43,952 nucleotides of DNA from Planctomycetota bacterium (GTDB lineage Bacteria; Planctomycetota; B15-G4; JADJEK01): NCBI GenBank assembly GCA_044225365.1, contig JBGAIQ010000046.1:1-43952 (forward strand), given 5' to 3'. The translations under genes and the position numbers were made by a program. The notes under the pieces are model-generated. The model was not told where the DNA came from. It did not search any database and was given only the letters and a program-made list of their open reading frames with translations. This document shows, piece after piece, positions 43,896-43,952 of this stretch; within the stretch, counting starts at the first letter, position 1; the number at the start of each line of letters is the position of its first letter.

Positions 43896-43952
43896 ATGTC
43901 GGCTTCGCGTTACGACTTTATCGTTCTCGGATCGGGTGCGGGAGGCGGCACG
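43896..43952 (+). CDS. N-terminus of an FAD-dependent oxidoreductase (GMC-like), truncated by the window end
   Basis: MSASRYDFIVLGSGAGGGT carries a GxGxxG motif. SD GGGAG upstream. Confidence 0.75.
   Translation, partial: MSASRYDFIVLGSGAGGGT

Overview
High-GC bacterial chromosomal window with about 33 densely packed CDSs. The gene content suggests Planctomycetota, which is an inference. No rRNA, tRNA, CRISPR array, transposase or integrase is visible. Left to right: a truncated SGNH hydrolase and a DUF501 gene (minus strand); a translationally coupled DUF455 ferritin-like di-iron protein and ATP-grasp-fold pair; a GldA/GldF/GldG/DUF4340-type ABC operon whose GldG has two tandem modules; lepB; a secreted sugar-dehydrogenase-like propeller/PKD protein; ahpC; a cluster of four palindromic 29-bp repeats; tyrS-ferrochelatase-hemY; a triple YHS/TRASH-like Cys-rich protein; an envelope block (SBBP protein, lipoprotein, carboxypeptidase-regulatory-like repeat protein, degenerate membrane/spermidine-synthase-like protein, O-antigen-ligase-like/TPR protein, transglutaminase); an ECF sigma and anti-sigma-vWA pair; an (alpha/alpha)6-barrel/formyltransferase fusion; a serine hydrolase; a SMUG1-type UDG; a degenerate DUF1570-like protein; GH127; DinB; a lower-GC patch with two small orphan ORFs; and the start of an FAD oxidoreductase whose RBS lies inside a long hairpin. 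The best candidates for undescribed biology are the DUF455/ATP-grasp pair, the barrel/formyltransferase fusion, the repeat cluster and the double-GldG transporter. All family calls come from motif recognition by eye, not from database searches.
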